From the NCBI GenBank assembly GCA_964016885.1, contig OZ024740.1:260958001-261022000 (forward strand): DNA of 64,000 bases. Reading direction: 5' to 3'. The notes below the pieces were generated by a model that saw nothing but the letters and a program-made list of their open reading frames with translations, did no database searches and was not told the origin of the DNA. Source of the stretch: Eledone cirrhosa (taxonomy: Eukaryota). Every line of letters begins with the position of its first letter. The first letter of the stretch is position 1. Both the position numbers and the translations under genes were made by a program. This document shows positions 24,856-38,695 of this stretch, in pieces.

Positions 24856-27800
24856 ATACAGAAAACCATTGCAAAGTATATGGCAAACAGGGTCGGTGCT
24901 GGAATATCCCCGTTTCACTCCATTTTTTACTGAGATAGGCTCCGACATGTTACTTCCGACATTAACCCAAGCCTTCATGTTGTCATGGAAAGACCTAACT
25001 AAAGCAAGGAACTTATCAGGGCAACCAAGTTTCTGGAGAACCTTCCATAATGCATCTCTGTTAACAGTATCGAAAGCTTTTGTCAGATCGACAAAAACCT
25101 GATACAGATCCAAGCCCTGTTCCATGCACTTCTCCTGGAGCTGTCTAGCTGAGAAGATCATATCAATAGTGCTGCGTCCAGCACGAAAACCAGATTGACT
25201 TTCAGGAAGAACACAATCTGCAATGTGTGTCAGCAGACGGTCCAGAAGCACCCTACATAAAACTTTCCCTATGACAGAAAGCAATGATATACCTCTGTAG
25301 TTCCCACAATCATTCCTGTTACCCTTTCCCTTGTACAAGACCACCATTACTGCATCTCTCCAGTCCTCAGGTACGGATTCATTAGCCCATATCCTGCCAA
25401 ACAAAGAGTGAAGATGTTGCAGGAGTCTCTCACCACCATATTGTAGGAGCTCAGCATGTATGCCATCAATACCTGGAGATCTTCCACTGTTCAGCTTCGA
25501 AATAGCCACTGCAACCTCCACAAGCGTCAGAGGTTCTGCGAGAGCTACTTTCACAGGACTTTCTGGAATGAGATTGAGGAAATCTTCACTGACGACTGAC
25601 GGCTGATTCAAAAGATCACCAAAGTGCTCTCACCACCTTCGTAGAATTCCTTGTGAGTCACGAAGAAGTTCTTTGCCATCCTTGCTGCGAAGCGGTGTCA
25701 CCAGAGAAGAAGACAGTCCATAAACCTCATGCAAGAGACTGTACAACAACTTTGTGTTATTGGAATCTGACGCAGTTTGTATCTCACCAGCCTTCTCACT
25801 CCACCACTGATCCTTCATCTGAGAAAGACTCCGCCTAACACGTGATTTTACATCCTTGAGTTCCTCATGCAACGTATTCCTCTCCTGTGGTTTTGCCGTC
25901 AAGTAGCATGACAGAGCACGCCTCTTATCAGCCAACAAGTCTTCTATATGTACATCATTCTCATTAAACCAGTCCTGATGTTTTCTCTGCACCAATCCCA
26001 GAACACGCCTGCCTACATCATAAACCGACTTTTTAAGGGTCGGCCAATCCTCACCAAGATCTGCAGCCTGCATCTCTTCTTCCAATGTCCTCTTCACATT
26101 TTTATCATGAAGACAAGCAGCATTCAATCTTTTGGGCAGGGCAACACCAGGAGCCCGGATTTTACGTTTAGTGATTAGTTTCACTTTTGCGCGTACCATG
26201 CGGTGGTCCATCCAGCACTCAGCTCCATGAAGAGCACGAACACACTGCACAACCTGTCTGTCACACATCCTGACTAGGATGTAGTCCAAAAGATGCCATT
26301 CCTTAGATGCAGGATGCATCCATGTGGTCTTGAATTTGTTCTTTTGTTGGAACATGGTGTTGTAACACACAGATCCAGCTCCTCACACATCTGCAGCAGG
26401 AGCATACCATTGTTGTTACACTTTCCCACCCCATGCCTTCCGATTACATTCCATGTGTTAAAATCCCTACCCACTCTAGTATTAAAGTCACCAAGCACGA
26501 TGACTTTGTTTGCCTGAGGGATATTTCTTAAAACACCTTTCAAGGCATGGTAAAAGGACACTTTATTCTTCATCGACAGAATTCATAGTTGGAGAATACA
26601 CACTCACCAGGGTCGCATATCTTCCCTTGTCCAGCGGAATTCTCATGGACATAAGACGCTCACTAATCCCTACTGGGAATTCTTCTAATTTATTCACAAG
26701 TACAGTCTTAACAGCAAATCCTACCCCAGCCTCTCTTCTGGTTCCTTCATCTCTTCCTTTCCAGAAGAATGTATATTCTCCACAAAATTCTGTAAGATGA
26801 CCATCTCCAGCTAACCTCGTCTCAGATAAAGCCACGATGTCAAGATCGTAACGTCGAAGCTTCTTTGCAACAAGAGCGGTCCTTCGTTCAGGACGCTCCA
26901 AGGAATCCCTGTCAAGCAGCGATTAAATGCCTTGTTTGGCTCTATTACAGTGGCACGATGACGAGTGGGCCCAGGCTGTGATAACCTGGGGCCCCTGCCC
27001 TTATTGCCAATTATCTTTTTTGTTCCAGAACCTAAATTGCCAATTATCTCTTTTATATTGTTCTGGAACATCATTGAATTGGAAAAAAAAAAAGTAATAA
27101 TAATAGTAACAATAATAATAATAATAATAATAAACTATTAATAATTATTAATGCACTCGTGCAATGCCTGTGCGTGACGAATATTTTTAAAGTGAGGATA
27201 GACTGTGCACTGAGCCAATCCCACTCTCTGAGCGACAGTAGCTATAACCTGAAAAGAAGAAAAGATCAACATCATCGGTAACTACTGAGCCGCAGGTTTT
27301 ATGTTGGAGTTAACCCAGTCTCTTGAGATGCCTTCTCCTAGAAGAATGCCCTGACAAGGGCTAGGGGTTCTTCACTCCCAATACATTCTTCACATACACA
27401 TATACATGCACATATACACACACACGCATACATTCATACATACACATTCACTCAAGCACTTACACATTTACACCCATACATACTTACACACATGCATATA
27501 TACATGCTGTACAATTTCAGTCATTTGTTAACCCTTTCAAGACTGCATTTCTAATGAAGTACACTCTGTTTCAATTAATCAATAAAGAATTTTGTGGGAT
27601 TTACTAAAATTATTAATTATTTCATCGCTAAGATAATATCTTAATGTAATGTTCTTATATAAAATTATGTTGGATGATTTTAATTTAAATTAGAAACCTT
27701 TAAAATGGGTGGTTTTATTTCATAGAACCAGAGCTGATTTTGGTTGGGTTGGTAACTAAAGGGTTTATACTATAAAAGTGAGGAATTGCATTTTTAAAAA

Positions 27801-28707
27801 AATGTAAAATATAAATTGTAAGACAGAGAGTACAATGGAATCTTCCCCATAGAGATTCCATCTGTGATTTTCCAGGAATTTTCATAGAAATACAACAGTA
27901 TTCACATTGATTTTTCATCATTTTATTGTAAATGCAGTGATTTCTACAGTAATGTTATCATGTGAGAAGACGACGTTGCCATTGGATACCACTTGCAGGC
28001 AGAATGGAGGAATGGAAGATAATAGATAGATTCATAGATATAGGTCTAGGTATAGCTGTGTGGTTAAAACATTTGCTTTGTAACCACAGGGTTCTGGGGT
28101 TCAGTCAGGTTGTGGGCAGTGGCATATTGTTTGGGGGAGCATGGGAGTGCAGCTGTACATTCCAAAAAATTATTTTTGGACAATTTAGTTATTTATGTCG
28201 GAAAATTCTGAATGTCAGCACCCCCAAAAATGATAGAAGCAATATACTTATGGCTGTGGGAAAATGTCTTCTACTATAGCTTTCGGTTACCAATGACCTG
28301 TCAGTGGAACTTGATAGGTGGAAACTGCAGAAGCATGTCATATGTATATGCGTGTGTGTGTGTGTGCATATGTGTATGTGCATGTGAGTGTGGGTGTATG
28401 TTTGTGTATTGTTAATCTACCTCCAGCAAAATTTTATTTTAAGTGGTAGCATTCCTGCAACAATTAATTTGCTTTATATATTAAAAAAACATTATACATG
28501 ACAAAAAAGTATATCACAAGAAATGCCATCCGTTATAAAATAAATAGGATGGGGTCTCAATATGCAAACTAAATGACTAATTCTGTTTTTTTTTTTAAAT
28601 CAACCTAGAAAAATTACCGATCACCACCCCCGCGTATTCTCCCCCCCTCCCCCACCACCACCACACACACTCTTATTCCTGAAAAGATTACCATACAATA
28701 CTTACCC

Positions 28708-31160
28708 TGTCTATAATCCAAACCAACATTCAAAATATCTGGTAACTCACTTCCTCTATAAACTGCATATGCACAGCTATAGTAATATCTAGTTATCACT
28801 ACATTGTAATGTACGAGTCCAACTGAGACATTATACGTTAACAATCTTCCCCTTCTTTGAAAGTTTCAGAATTATTAAAACCTATATGTATGTCAACATA
28901 AACTATTAAAGTCCAAAATGAAAAACCTAAAAATATCTTTAAAACAGTTCTTTAAACTATACAAGATCCATTGTTCAAGAACTTTCAATAGTCTCATTGG
29001 TGAAGCCCTATTTCTTGTCAAACAGTCTACTAACTGTTGTTCTGTGTTTACCCACTGTACAGTTTAGACAAGTCCATTCTCCATCATTTCCTTGATCCAC
29101 TGATCTCCAACCACAATCTCTTCTCATTCACTGATTTATTAGAGTGTACTGCATCATATAAGGAGTGACAGTCTGTGATGCACAAAACTGCTGGATTTTG
29201 TTGTCCACTCAATTCTCCAAATAATATTGACAGAAAAACACCCGTGTCAATTCTATCAGTCATTGCTAGAGTTTCATTAGCAAGTGTGTTGCATACAACA
29301 CAACATATTTTCTTTAAGTGCCAACAAATAAGTGACACTTTACCACTAACTCCAGTGATCATATGTCCTCCTTGTGTAGCTCCATCAGATAGATTCCCAA
29401 AAGAGGCATCTATGTAAACAAAAGTAGGTTCTGTTCCTATATTCTGAAATTTCAGACACACCTTTTCAGATTTTATTTTTCTGATGACCTTCTTAGCTGC
29501 AACCATATGTTCTACTTTAGCATTTTTAACACTGGTTGCAAGCCAACATGCATCAAAGATAATATCTAGTCTGCTTTGTTTTGCTACTCATAATATCTTA
29601 CGGATCTTTGATCTCAAATTTCCCATTCAATATCATTCAAAGGTTTATCTTTCATTGAAAATCCTGTCTTATTAATGTTGATGAAACTTATATTGTCAAT
29701 ATATCTTTGTTGTTTTATTGTGATTTGTTCAGCATTAAGTCCAGGTTCCATGCCCAGATACTTCAGTTTCTTTTTTGCCAACACTAAAACAGTTTCTTAT
29801 GGAAGCAATCACCACATTTTCAAATTCTTCAGTTCCACCTTAAATGAAATCATCCATATAACAGGCCAAAATTCCTTTGGTGTTGCTCTCATTGTCAAGC
29901 CAGTAGAACACAGCAGAATCCACTTTTGATACCTTAGCTCCTAGATCAAACATGACTACCAATGTAGAGATGCATCATTTAGTCTATACACACACTTTTG
30001 AAGGTGCCATCATTTCCCTTTCACTCCAGCTTCTTTGGGGGGTCTTATATATACATTTTTGTTCATTCTTTTACCTTGTAAGAAAGCAGTTTTGATATCC
30101 ATTGAATTGGGCTTCCAGTCTTTCTGACTAAACAATGCTAAAATTAAGTTTAAAAATTCTCTGGCACATATAGGAGAATCTTCTTGAACATCTTCAATCT
30201 TCTTTACTTCAAACCCCTGGCAACAAGTCTTGCTTTAGTTATCAGTTTTTCTGATGTCTCTTTCAAAGTGTACACCCATTTTGTTGACACACATTCTTGT
30301 CCTTCAGCTTTCACTTCTTTGTACACATTATTATTCTTCTAGTTTTCAAGTTATACTTTCTTTGCTTCTGTTCAAGATACACCCTCCAAAACAAGAACAT
30401 CCTCTGCCTGTTCAGTTAAAATTTCCAAATCTTCTACCACTGATAGGTCAACAGACTGACAGATTCCCTCAAATTCAGGTTGTCAATATTCTAAATTGAA
30501 CCAGTTTTTATTTCTTTGTTACTTTTCCTGTCCTGCTTAGTATTTTTGCTGATATCTTCTCTCCAGTCTCTTGACTTTTGTAATTAATGATCTGTCCACT
30601 TCTGATATGAGAATTTTTTGTGTGTCTTCTTTTTGAGTTTCTCTTTCATCATCATTTTGTTCTTCAGAATCCCTTTTTTTTCGTTCTGAATTATAGCTGG
30701 TTTTGTTTCTTTGCCTTCTGTGTTGGTTTTATTTTCACATTCTTTTTTATCACACAGATTTCTTCAATCTTGTTTTATGTACTCTCACAACCAGGCCTCC
30801 TTGTCTAACAAATATTACTTTACTATCCTATCCTATCACTGTTGCAGGACATTTCCATTCTGGGTTGTTAGATCTTGTCATCCATCTCAAAGTTTCCAGC
30901 ACTGGAACGTATCTGTTTTCTTAAAGCCCTTCTGAACTTTCCTTATCAACAAAATGTTTTCTTGCAGCATGAAGAGCATTCAAGTGATTTCCAATGATAT
31001 CACTCATAGTTGTTCCTTCCAGTGCAGGTAACTTATTTGTGAGAATGGAAGGCAGGTTTGGGTTGCATCCAAATACCAACTGATAAGTACTATATCCTAA
31101 GATATTGCTGAGAGAGTTATTTGCGATAAGGGTCCAGCGTAATGATGTTTTCCAGTCACA
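28708..31160 (-). mobile_element. Decayed Ty1/Copia LTR retrotransposon (GalEa-like): integrase end, RT, RNase H, PPT and short 3' LTR
   Basis: KARLVA, DIKTAFLQG, YIRPPKEA, YIDASFGNL, ITDCHSLYD..EKRL. PPT aaagaaggggaagat precedes a TG...CA LTR candidate at 28843-28708. Confidence 0.85.
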
Positions 31161-31162
31161 AC

Positions 31163-33793
31163 AGTAACAACAGTACTGTAATGTGGTCTAGTCTGTTTGT
31201 GTAACAACAGTACTGTAATGGGGTCTAGTCTGTTTATGTAACAACAGTACTGTAATGTGGTCTAGTCTGTTTATGTAACAACAGTACTGTAATGTGGTAT
31301 AGTCTGTTTGTATAACAACAGTACTGTAATGTGGTCTAGTCTGTTTGTATAACAACAGTACTGTAATGTGGTCTAGTCTGTTTGTGTAACAACAGTACTG
31401 TAATGTGGTCTAGTCTGTTTGTGTAACAACAGTACTGTAATGTGGTCTAGTCTGTTTGTGTAACAACAGTACTGTAATGTGGTATAGTCTGTTTGTATAA
31501 CAACAGTACTGTAATGTGGTCTAGTCTGTTTGTGTAACAACAGTACTGTAATGTGGTCTAGTCTGTTTGTGTAACAACAGTACTGTAATGTGGTATAGTC
31601 TGTTTATGTAACAACAGTACTGTAATGTGGTCTAGTCTGTTTGTGTAACAACAGTACTGTAATGTGGTCTAGTCTGTTTGTGTAACAACAGTACTGTAAT
31701 GTGGTCTAGTCTGTTTATGTAGCAACAGTACTGTAATGTGGTCTAGTCTGTTTGTGTAACAACAGTACTGTAATGTGGTCTAGTCTGTTTGTGTAACAAC
31801 AGTACTGTAATGTGGTCTAGTCTGTTTGTGTAACAACAGTACTGTAATGTGGTATAGTCTGTTTGTATAACAACAGTACTGTAATGTGGTCTAGTCTGTT
31901 TATGTAACAACAGTACTGTAATGTGGTCTAGTCTGTTTGTGTAACAACAGTACTGTAATGTGGTCTAGTCTGTTTGTGTAACAACAGTACTGTAATGTGG
32001 TATAGTCTGTTTATGTAACAACAGTACTGTAATGTGGTCTAGTCTGTTTGTGTAACAACAGTACTGTAATGTGGTCTAGTCTGTTTGTGTAACAACAGTA
32101 CTGTAATGTGGTCTAGTCTGTTTATGTAACAACAGTACTGTAATGTGGTCTAGTCTGTTTGTGTAACAACAGTACTGTAATGTGGTCTAGTCTGTTTGTG
32201 TAACAACAGTACTGTAATGTGGTCTAGTCTGTTTGTGTAACAACAGTACTGTAATGTGGTATAGTCTGTTTGTATAACAACAGTACTGTAATGTGGTCTA
32301 GTCTGTTTGTGTAACAACAGTACTGTAATGTGGTCTAGTCTGTTTGTGTAACAACAGTACTGTAATGTGGTATAGTCTGTTTATGTAACAACAGTACTGT
32401 AATGTGGTCTAGTCTGTTTGTGTAACAACAGTACTGTAATGTGGTCTAGTCTGTTTGTGTAACAACAGTACTGTAATGTGGTCTAGTCTGTTTATGTAAC
32501 AACAGTACTGTAATGTGGTCTAGTCTGTTTGTGTAACAACAGTACTGTAACGTGGTATAGTCTGTTTATGTAACAACAGTACTGTAATGTGGTCTAGTCT
32601 GTTTATGTAACAACAGTACTGTAATGTGGTCTAGTCTGTTTGTGTAACAACAGTACTGTAACGTGGTATAGTCTGTTTGTGTAACAACAGTACTGTAACG
32701 TGGTATAGTCTGTTTATGTAACAACAGTACTGTAATGTGGTCTAGTCTGTTTATGTAACAACAGTACTGTAATGTGGTCTAGTCTGTTTGTATAACAACA
32801 GTACTGTAATGTGGTCTAGTCTGTTTGTGTAACAACAGTACTGTAACGTGGTATAGTCTGTTTATGTAACAACAGTACTGTAATGTGGTCTAGTCTGTTT
32901 ATGTAACAACAGTACTGTAATGTGGTCTAGTCTGTTTGTGTAACAACAGTACTGTAATGTGGTCTAGTCTGTTTGTGTAACAACAGTACTGTAATGTGGT
33001 CTAGTCTGTTTGTGTAACAACAGTACTGTAACGTGGTATAGTCTGTTTATGTAACAACAGTACTGTAATGTGGTCTAGTCTGTTTATGTAACAACAGTAC
33101 TGTAATGTGGTCTAGTCTGTTTGTGTAACAACAGTACTGTAACGTGGTATAGTCTGTTTGTATAACAACAGTACTGTAATGTGGTCTAGTCTGTTTATGT
33201 AACAACAGTACTGTAATGTGGTCTAGTCTGTTTATGTAACAACAGTACTGTAATGTGGTCTAGTCTGTTTATGTAACAACAGTACTGTAATGTGGTCTAG
33301 TCTGTTTGTGTAACAACAGTACTGTAATGTGGTCTAGTCTGTTTGTATAACAACAGTACTGTAATGTGGTCTAGTCTGTTTGTGTAACAACAGTACTGTA
33401 ATGTGGTCTAGTCTGTTTGTGTAACAACAGTACTGTAATGTGGTCTAGTCTGTTTGTGTAACAACAGTACTGTAATGTGGTCTAGTCTGTTTGTGTAACA
33501 ACAGTACTGTAATGTGGTCTAGTCTGTTTGTGTAACAACAGTACTGTAATGTGGTCTAGTCTGTTTGTGTAACAACAGTACTGTAATGTGGTCTAGGTTG
33601 TTTGTGTAACAACAGTACTGTAATGTGGTCTAGTCTGTTTGTGTAACAACAGTACTGTAATGTGGTCTAGTCTGTTTGTGTAACAACAGTACTGTAATGT
33701 GGTCTAGTCTGTTTGTGTAACAACAGTACTGTAATGTGGTCTAGTCTGTTTGTGTAACAACAGTACTGTAATGTGGTATAGGTTGTTTGTGTG
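31163..33793. repeat. 37-bp minisatellite, ~71 copies (gtaacaacagtactgtaatgtggtctagtctgtttgt)
   Basis: Period measured 31201 to 31238; contiguous units with no spacers. Confidence 0.98.
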
Positions 33794-33979
33794 TATGTAA
33801 CAGCGGCACTGTCCTGGATATGTGATCACGACTAACTTAGGGCTCGATAGCAACAGATGTTAAAATCTTTTAGATTATTGTTATATGAATAGAATTGAAT
33901 TGAATGGACATCTGTCACTTACAATGGTTGGTGTTCCAGTTGTTTGATCAACTCACTATCCTGTTAATTGAATTATCTT

Positions 33980-34187
33980 CTACCATATATACTCAAATAT
34001 AAGCCAATCTGAATATAAGGTGATCCCCTATTTTGTATCTGAGAAATAGGCAAAAGTCCAAACCCTATGTATAAGCTGAGACAGATACTATCAATACATT
34101 ATGTTTATATGGTGCAGTTTTGAAATTCTCATGAGTAGAGAATATATTTATGAAGTTTTAATATTTTGATATTTACTGTATCATCGT

Positions 34188-34219
<32 letters not shown>

Positions 34220-34430
34220 TGTTTAACGTCTACCTTCTACACTAGCATGGATATGAAATATAAGCTGAACTGAATATAAGCCAACCCCTATTTTATGTGT
34301 GAGAAATGGGCCAAATCTGAACCCTGTTTATACGGTAATCAATACATTATGTTTAGATAGTGTAGTTTTGAAATTCTCTTGTGAGGAAAATATATTTATG
34401 AAGTTTTGATATTTTAATATTTAAAAATTT
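33980..34430 (+). mobile_element. Tc1/mariner-type MITE relic, partially duplicated, with an RTE tail inserted
   Basis: Starts taccatatatactcaaatataagcc (CCGTA-type terminus); ~170-bp segment repeated at 34256-34420. Confidence 0.5.
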
Positions 34431-34458
34431 TAAGCATTGTTTAGATTCATTATGTTTT

Positions 34459-34650
34459 TAAGGGCGGTGAATTGGCAGTATCGGTAGAGGGTTGGACGCC
34501 ATGCTTTCTAGCATAGTTAAATCCCTTTACAGTCTGAGTTCAAATCCCGCCGAGGTTAACTTTGCCTTTCATCCTTACGGGGTCGATAAAATAAAGTACC
34601 AGTAATGTACTGGGTAATTGCTGGCCTTGTGCCTAAAGTAGAAACAATTA
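34459..34650 (+). mobile_element. SINE family 2 copy
   Basis: Highly similar to 19899-20090. Confidence 0.9.
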
Positions 34651-34782
34651 TGTTTTTACCAATTTCCAGCCGTTTTCAATGAAAGCTAGATTCCTTGAAA
34701 ACCTCCAAAACAATAAGAAATACGAATTTCACAATGAAAGTGAAACCGGTGCAATATTCATTTCCAAATGATGGTGATGATA

Positions 34783-34832
<50 letters not shown>

Positions 34833-34860
34833 AAAGATGGTGATGATAACGATAATGACA

Positions 34861-34893
<33 letters not shown>

Positions 34894-34935
34894 TTGATGA
34901 TGTTAAAGATGGTGATGATAACGATAATGACAATG

Positions 34936-34966
<31 letters not shown>

Positions 34967-35023
34967 AGATGATGGTGATGATAACTTTTAACCTGTTGCT
35001 TTATCATATATTTACAGGTAACA

Positions 35024-35120
35024 ATGGCTAAAGTGAACAACCCCTCCTGGGGTCTCATAATTTTGCTGATGTTTACCTGGATTCAAGGTTTTAAGATGGA
35101 GCTGGAGGAGGTCAGAAGAA
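35024..35120 (+). CDS. CUB-like/TM/PPxY gene, coding exon 1 (signal peptide)
   Basis: Acceptor tttacag at 35017, ATG at 35024, MAKVNNPSWGLIILLMFTWIQGFKMELEEVRR, donor A|gtaagt (phase 1). Confidence 0.8.
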
Positions 35121-35149
35121 GTAAGTATTATGGTGATGGTGGTCTGGTG

Positions 35150-35700
35150 GTTGTGGTGGTGGTGGTGCTGGTGGTGGTGGTGGCAGTAGAGACAATGATA
35201 ATGCTGATGATGATGACGATGGTGGTGGTGGTGGTGGTGGTGGTGGTGGTGGTGGCAGTAGAGACAATCATAATGTTGATGATGATGACGATGGTGGTGG
35301 TGGTGGTGGTGGTGGTGGTGGTGGTGGCAGTAGAGACAATGATAATGCTGATGATGATGACGATGGTGGTGGTGGTTGTGGTGGTGGTGGTGGCAGTAGA
35401 GACAATGATAATGCTGATGATGATTACGATGGTGGTGGTGGCGGTGGTGGCAGTAGAGACAATGATAATGCTGATGATGATGACGATGGTGGTGGTGGCG
35501 GTGGTGGTGGTGGTGGCAGTAGAGACAATGATAATGCTGATGATGATGACGATGGTGGTGGTGGTGGTGGTGGCAGTAGAGACAATGATAATGCTGATGA
35601 TGATTACGATGGTGGTGGTGGCGGTGGTGGTGGCAGTAGAGACAATGATAATGCTGATGATGATGACGGTGGTGGTGGTGGTGGTGGTGACAATGATGAA
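35150..35700. repeat. Compound minisatellite (~9 units of ggcagtagagacaatgataatgctgatgatgatgacgat + (GGT)n)
   Basis: Directly visible; unit length varies with the GGT count. Confidence 0.9.
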
Positions 35701-35929
35701 TTCATATCCTTTATTAATCAAACCACTGTTGCTAGTTTTGATAACTGTATTTTAGAAAATCCCCCTGTCTCACCAGGTTTTTAAAAAGATTTGTGTCAGT
35801 GGTGGGTTTTCTCAACGTCCATTTTTTCTCTAACCACCTCAGTCATGAAGAACATTGCCTATGATTTCCCAATAATTTAAAAAATAAACAAGAACTTGGA
35901 GGGATTTAGTAATATATCAAAATTTCTTA

Positions 35930-36520
35930 TTATTTATCGAGGTTTTGAAACATAACTTAACAAAGGTTCTTACATAAAATGATGATGGAAAGTTTTTTTA
36001 GATAAATATAAACACTTTAAAATAACCATCTTTGTGTCATAAAACCAGAGACAGTTTCAGGGGTTTGGTACCAAAGAGGTTAAAATGGTGTTTAGAACAT
36101 AACTTAACATAGGTTCTTACACAAAATTATTATGGAAGGTTTTCAGAAAAAATTTAACACTTTAAAACAAACAGATTTGTGTCATAGAACTAGAAACAAT
36201 TTCATGAGGTTTGGTACCAAAATATTTAAGCTGGTATTTGGAATATAACTTTTAAAAATTCTTACATGAAATTATGATGAAAGGTTTTTAGATAAATATG
36301 AATAATTTAATACATTCAACTTAGTTTCATAGAACCAGGGGTTTGGTATTAAAAGAGTTAACTTGAATTTTGAACATAACTTAACAAAGGTTCTTACACA
36401 AAATAATGGTGGAAGGTTTTTAGAGGAATATAAACTCATTGAAATAAACAGCTTTGTGTCATAGAACCAATGGTGGCTTCAGATGGCTTGGTATAAGAAG
36501 GGTTAGTTTGATGTTTGGAA
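35930..36520. repeat. Degenerate ~130-147-bp tandem repeat (4 units), single related unit at ~3520-3650
   Basis: aacataacttaacaaaggttcttaca... recurs near 35949, 36096, 36243 and 36373. Confidence 0.75.
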
Positions 36521-36539
36521 GATAAAAAAGCTTCTTTTC

Positions 36540-38110
36540 TCACTTCGGAGAAGTAGCAGCTCTACCTGGAGTGACTCTTTTGAGTAATGTTACTCCAAAG
36601 ACTCTTTGGAGGAACCCCATTTCGGCCACTTGTATTCATGATCGTATTCTTTCGATCATTACCCAAAATTCATGACCCTCGGTAAGGGTTAGCAAGAATA
36701 CGAAGAAGACAGGGAGTTTGGCTTTTACACCTAACTCCCTTCTGACTTCAGCTTCCAAGAGATTAATCACTGCTCCCAGATGCCCTTCGTGTACATTAGA
36801 AGATGCTGTTGTGATCAGGTTTAGGAGATCAGCAAAGTATTCTAACCACCTAATGAGAATGCACCTCTCTGAAGAGAGGAGAGCCCTGTATGCATTCCTG
36901 ATAGCAGGTGTAGAGGAGGATTTCTTATTACAATGTTGGCAGATGGTCTGCCAGAACACTTTATTTGCTGATCTGAAGTCAGATTCCAGCTTAACCCTAA
37001 AGTCCTTCCATATCTTAACTTTGGACACCTTTACTGTCCCTGGTGTGATTCTTCATACCTGCTTGTATCGCAAGTGCAAGAAGGAGGATTTATTTTCAAG
37101 CCAAACTTTGTAGTCCTCCTTCTTTGCTCAGATGGCATCTTTGAGCTTTTGATTAAACCAAGGAGTCCTCCTACCATCTAGTGCCACACCAAGCCTCATT
37201 CACCTGCAACATTTAACAGCTGAAGCAGAAACTGTTGAGCTGAACAATTTTCACTCTGTCTCAACATCCTCAGTTTTCTCAGGAGATTCTCTGAATTTGG
37301 ATGCAATAATATCTGCATACTTAGTCCTGACTTCCTTACCCACCAACGCTTCCCACTTTATCCTGAAGGTCTCCCTGAACCTGCCAGTTTTGTGGGCTTC
37401 TTTGGTTTTAGTTAGTCTCAAGTTACAGATAACTAGATGGGGATCAGTTGACAACCCAACCTCTATCTTAACACAAACATCCAGCACAGAATAAAGAGAT
37501 CAGAGACAATATCAAAATCAATTATTGATCTCTGTCCCTGATTCCCATTTATATACATGTATATTTATGGATGTCTCTGTGCTAGAAGAATGTGTTCATA
37601 ATAGAGAGTCCATTGCTATAAGGCCTCTCCATTTGTATTTAGACCGGGGTCACTCTTCCTTCCAATCATTCCTTTCCATGTCTGGTGGTCAGTACCAACA
37701 TGTGCATTGAAGTCTCCGATCAGGATATATGACTCAGTCTTAACTACATCTAATGCTGCAGTAACTTCATCAAGGAAGGATCTGTATTCGGACTCCTTGT
37801 GTGGTGCATAAAGTTGCTCCACCCATAGAGACCTATCTTTCAGCCTCAGCTTCATGATGCAAATCCTCCCTCCTAATGGGATCCAGTCCATAGCACATTC
37901 TGACAGCCGGTATGGCTTGTGAGTATCCCCACTCCCGCCTGTGCAGTCATTTCTGGCTCCACATCTGCATAGTGGAGTTTCCATCCCACACCTCCCGAGA
38001 CAGGTTGCAGGCTCATCACCAGTTTTTGCAGCAATATATTCTTTTAACAGGCCTCTCTACCTAAGGACTGAATGCGTCCCTTGTTAACCCACATAAAGGA
38101 CGATGCAGTA
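36540..38110 (-). mobile_element. Degenerate RTE LINE (endonuclease, linker, internal deletion)
   Basis: YAP..LIGDFNAHVG..LNTNG; STDPHLVIC; KVFWQTI..RWLEYFADLLN. Confidence 0.8.
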
Positions 38111-38465
38111 TGTTTCTTTTTCATTCCTGTCACCAGTTTTGGTGGTCTTATTCACGCCAATTACCAAACTGGTACTTTCTCAAACCTGCAATGACTAGGC
38201 TTTGTTAGAGGCAGCCTTTAATTACCTTGTTGTAGATACATCATTGGCTTGTGAGAGTTTCCTTGCGAGCTACAGGTGTCACCCATTGGTCTATCTCCTC
38301 TAATAGTTTACCGTTGTTGATCTTAGGCTGCTTATTCATCCACCAGCTGCCACTTATATTACAACACACCATCATATCTGGAGACCATGTCTCTATTTAC
38401 AAAATGTAATAAAATGTAATAATTTTTTGAAAATGTAATTATTTTGTGAAATATCTATTTTTCAG

Positions 38466-38695
38466 TTTCGTTTGACTATGACCAGTGCAATAGGAAGACC
38501 AACATTGATGTTACAAAAACGAAATTTGAAGTGAACACAATAAGTCAATCTACAGTATTATATAGGACAACAAGTTGTACTCTTACGTTTATTACAAAAA
38601 ATGGAGATATTTGTATGGACATTGAAAAAATTAGTATTGATGACTGCTTTGTTAAGCTAAATATTTTTACAGACATGGCATCGAGTGAACCAAAG
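38466..38695 (+). CDS. CUB-like/TM/PPxY gene, coding exon 2 (CUB-like N-half)
   Basis: tatttttcag| ... CCAAAG|gtaagt; 230 nt, phase 1 to 0, stop-free: SFDYDQCNRK..TSCTLTFITKNGDICMDIEKISIDDCFVKLNIFTD..EPK. Confidence 0.88.

Larger units (their letters stand above)
20905..27370 (-). mobile_element. Near full-length RTE LINE (APE-RT-3xC2H2), frameshifted, split by a nested insertion at ~22541-24855
   Basis: APE: ERRTALVA..DIVALSETR, GDFN. RT: NYRGISLL, SQSGFR, FVDLTKAFD, YADD. Distal: LRWSGH followed by C2H2 fingers. 3' end at ~20905. Confidence 0.95.

Noticed and set aside
31163-33793. CRISPR array (37-bp repeat with internal palindrome)
   Set aside because: Units are contiguous with no unique spacers, there are no cas genes, and the context is eukaryotic.
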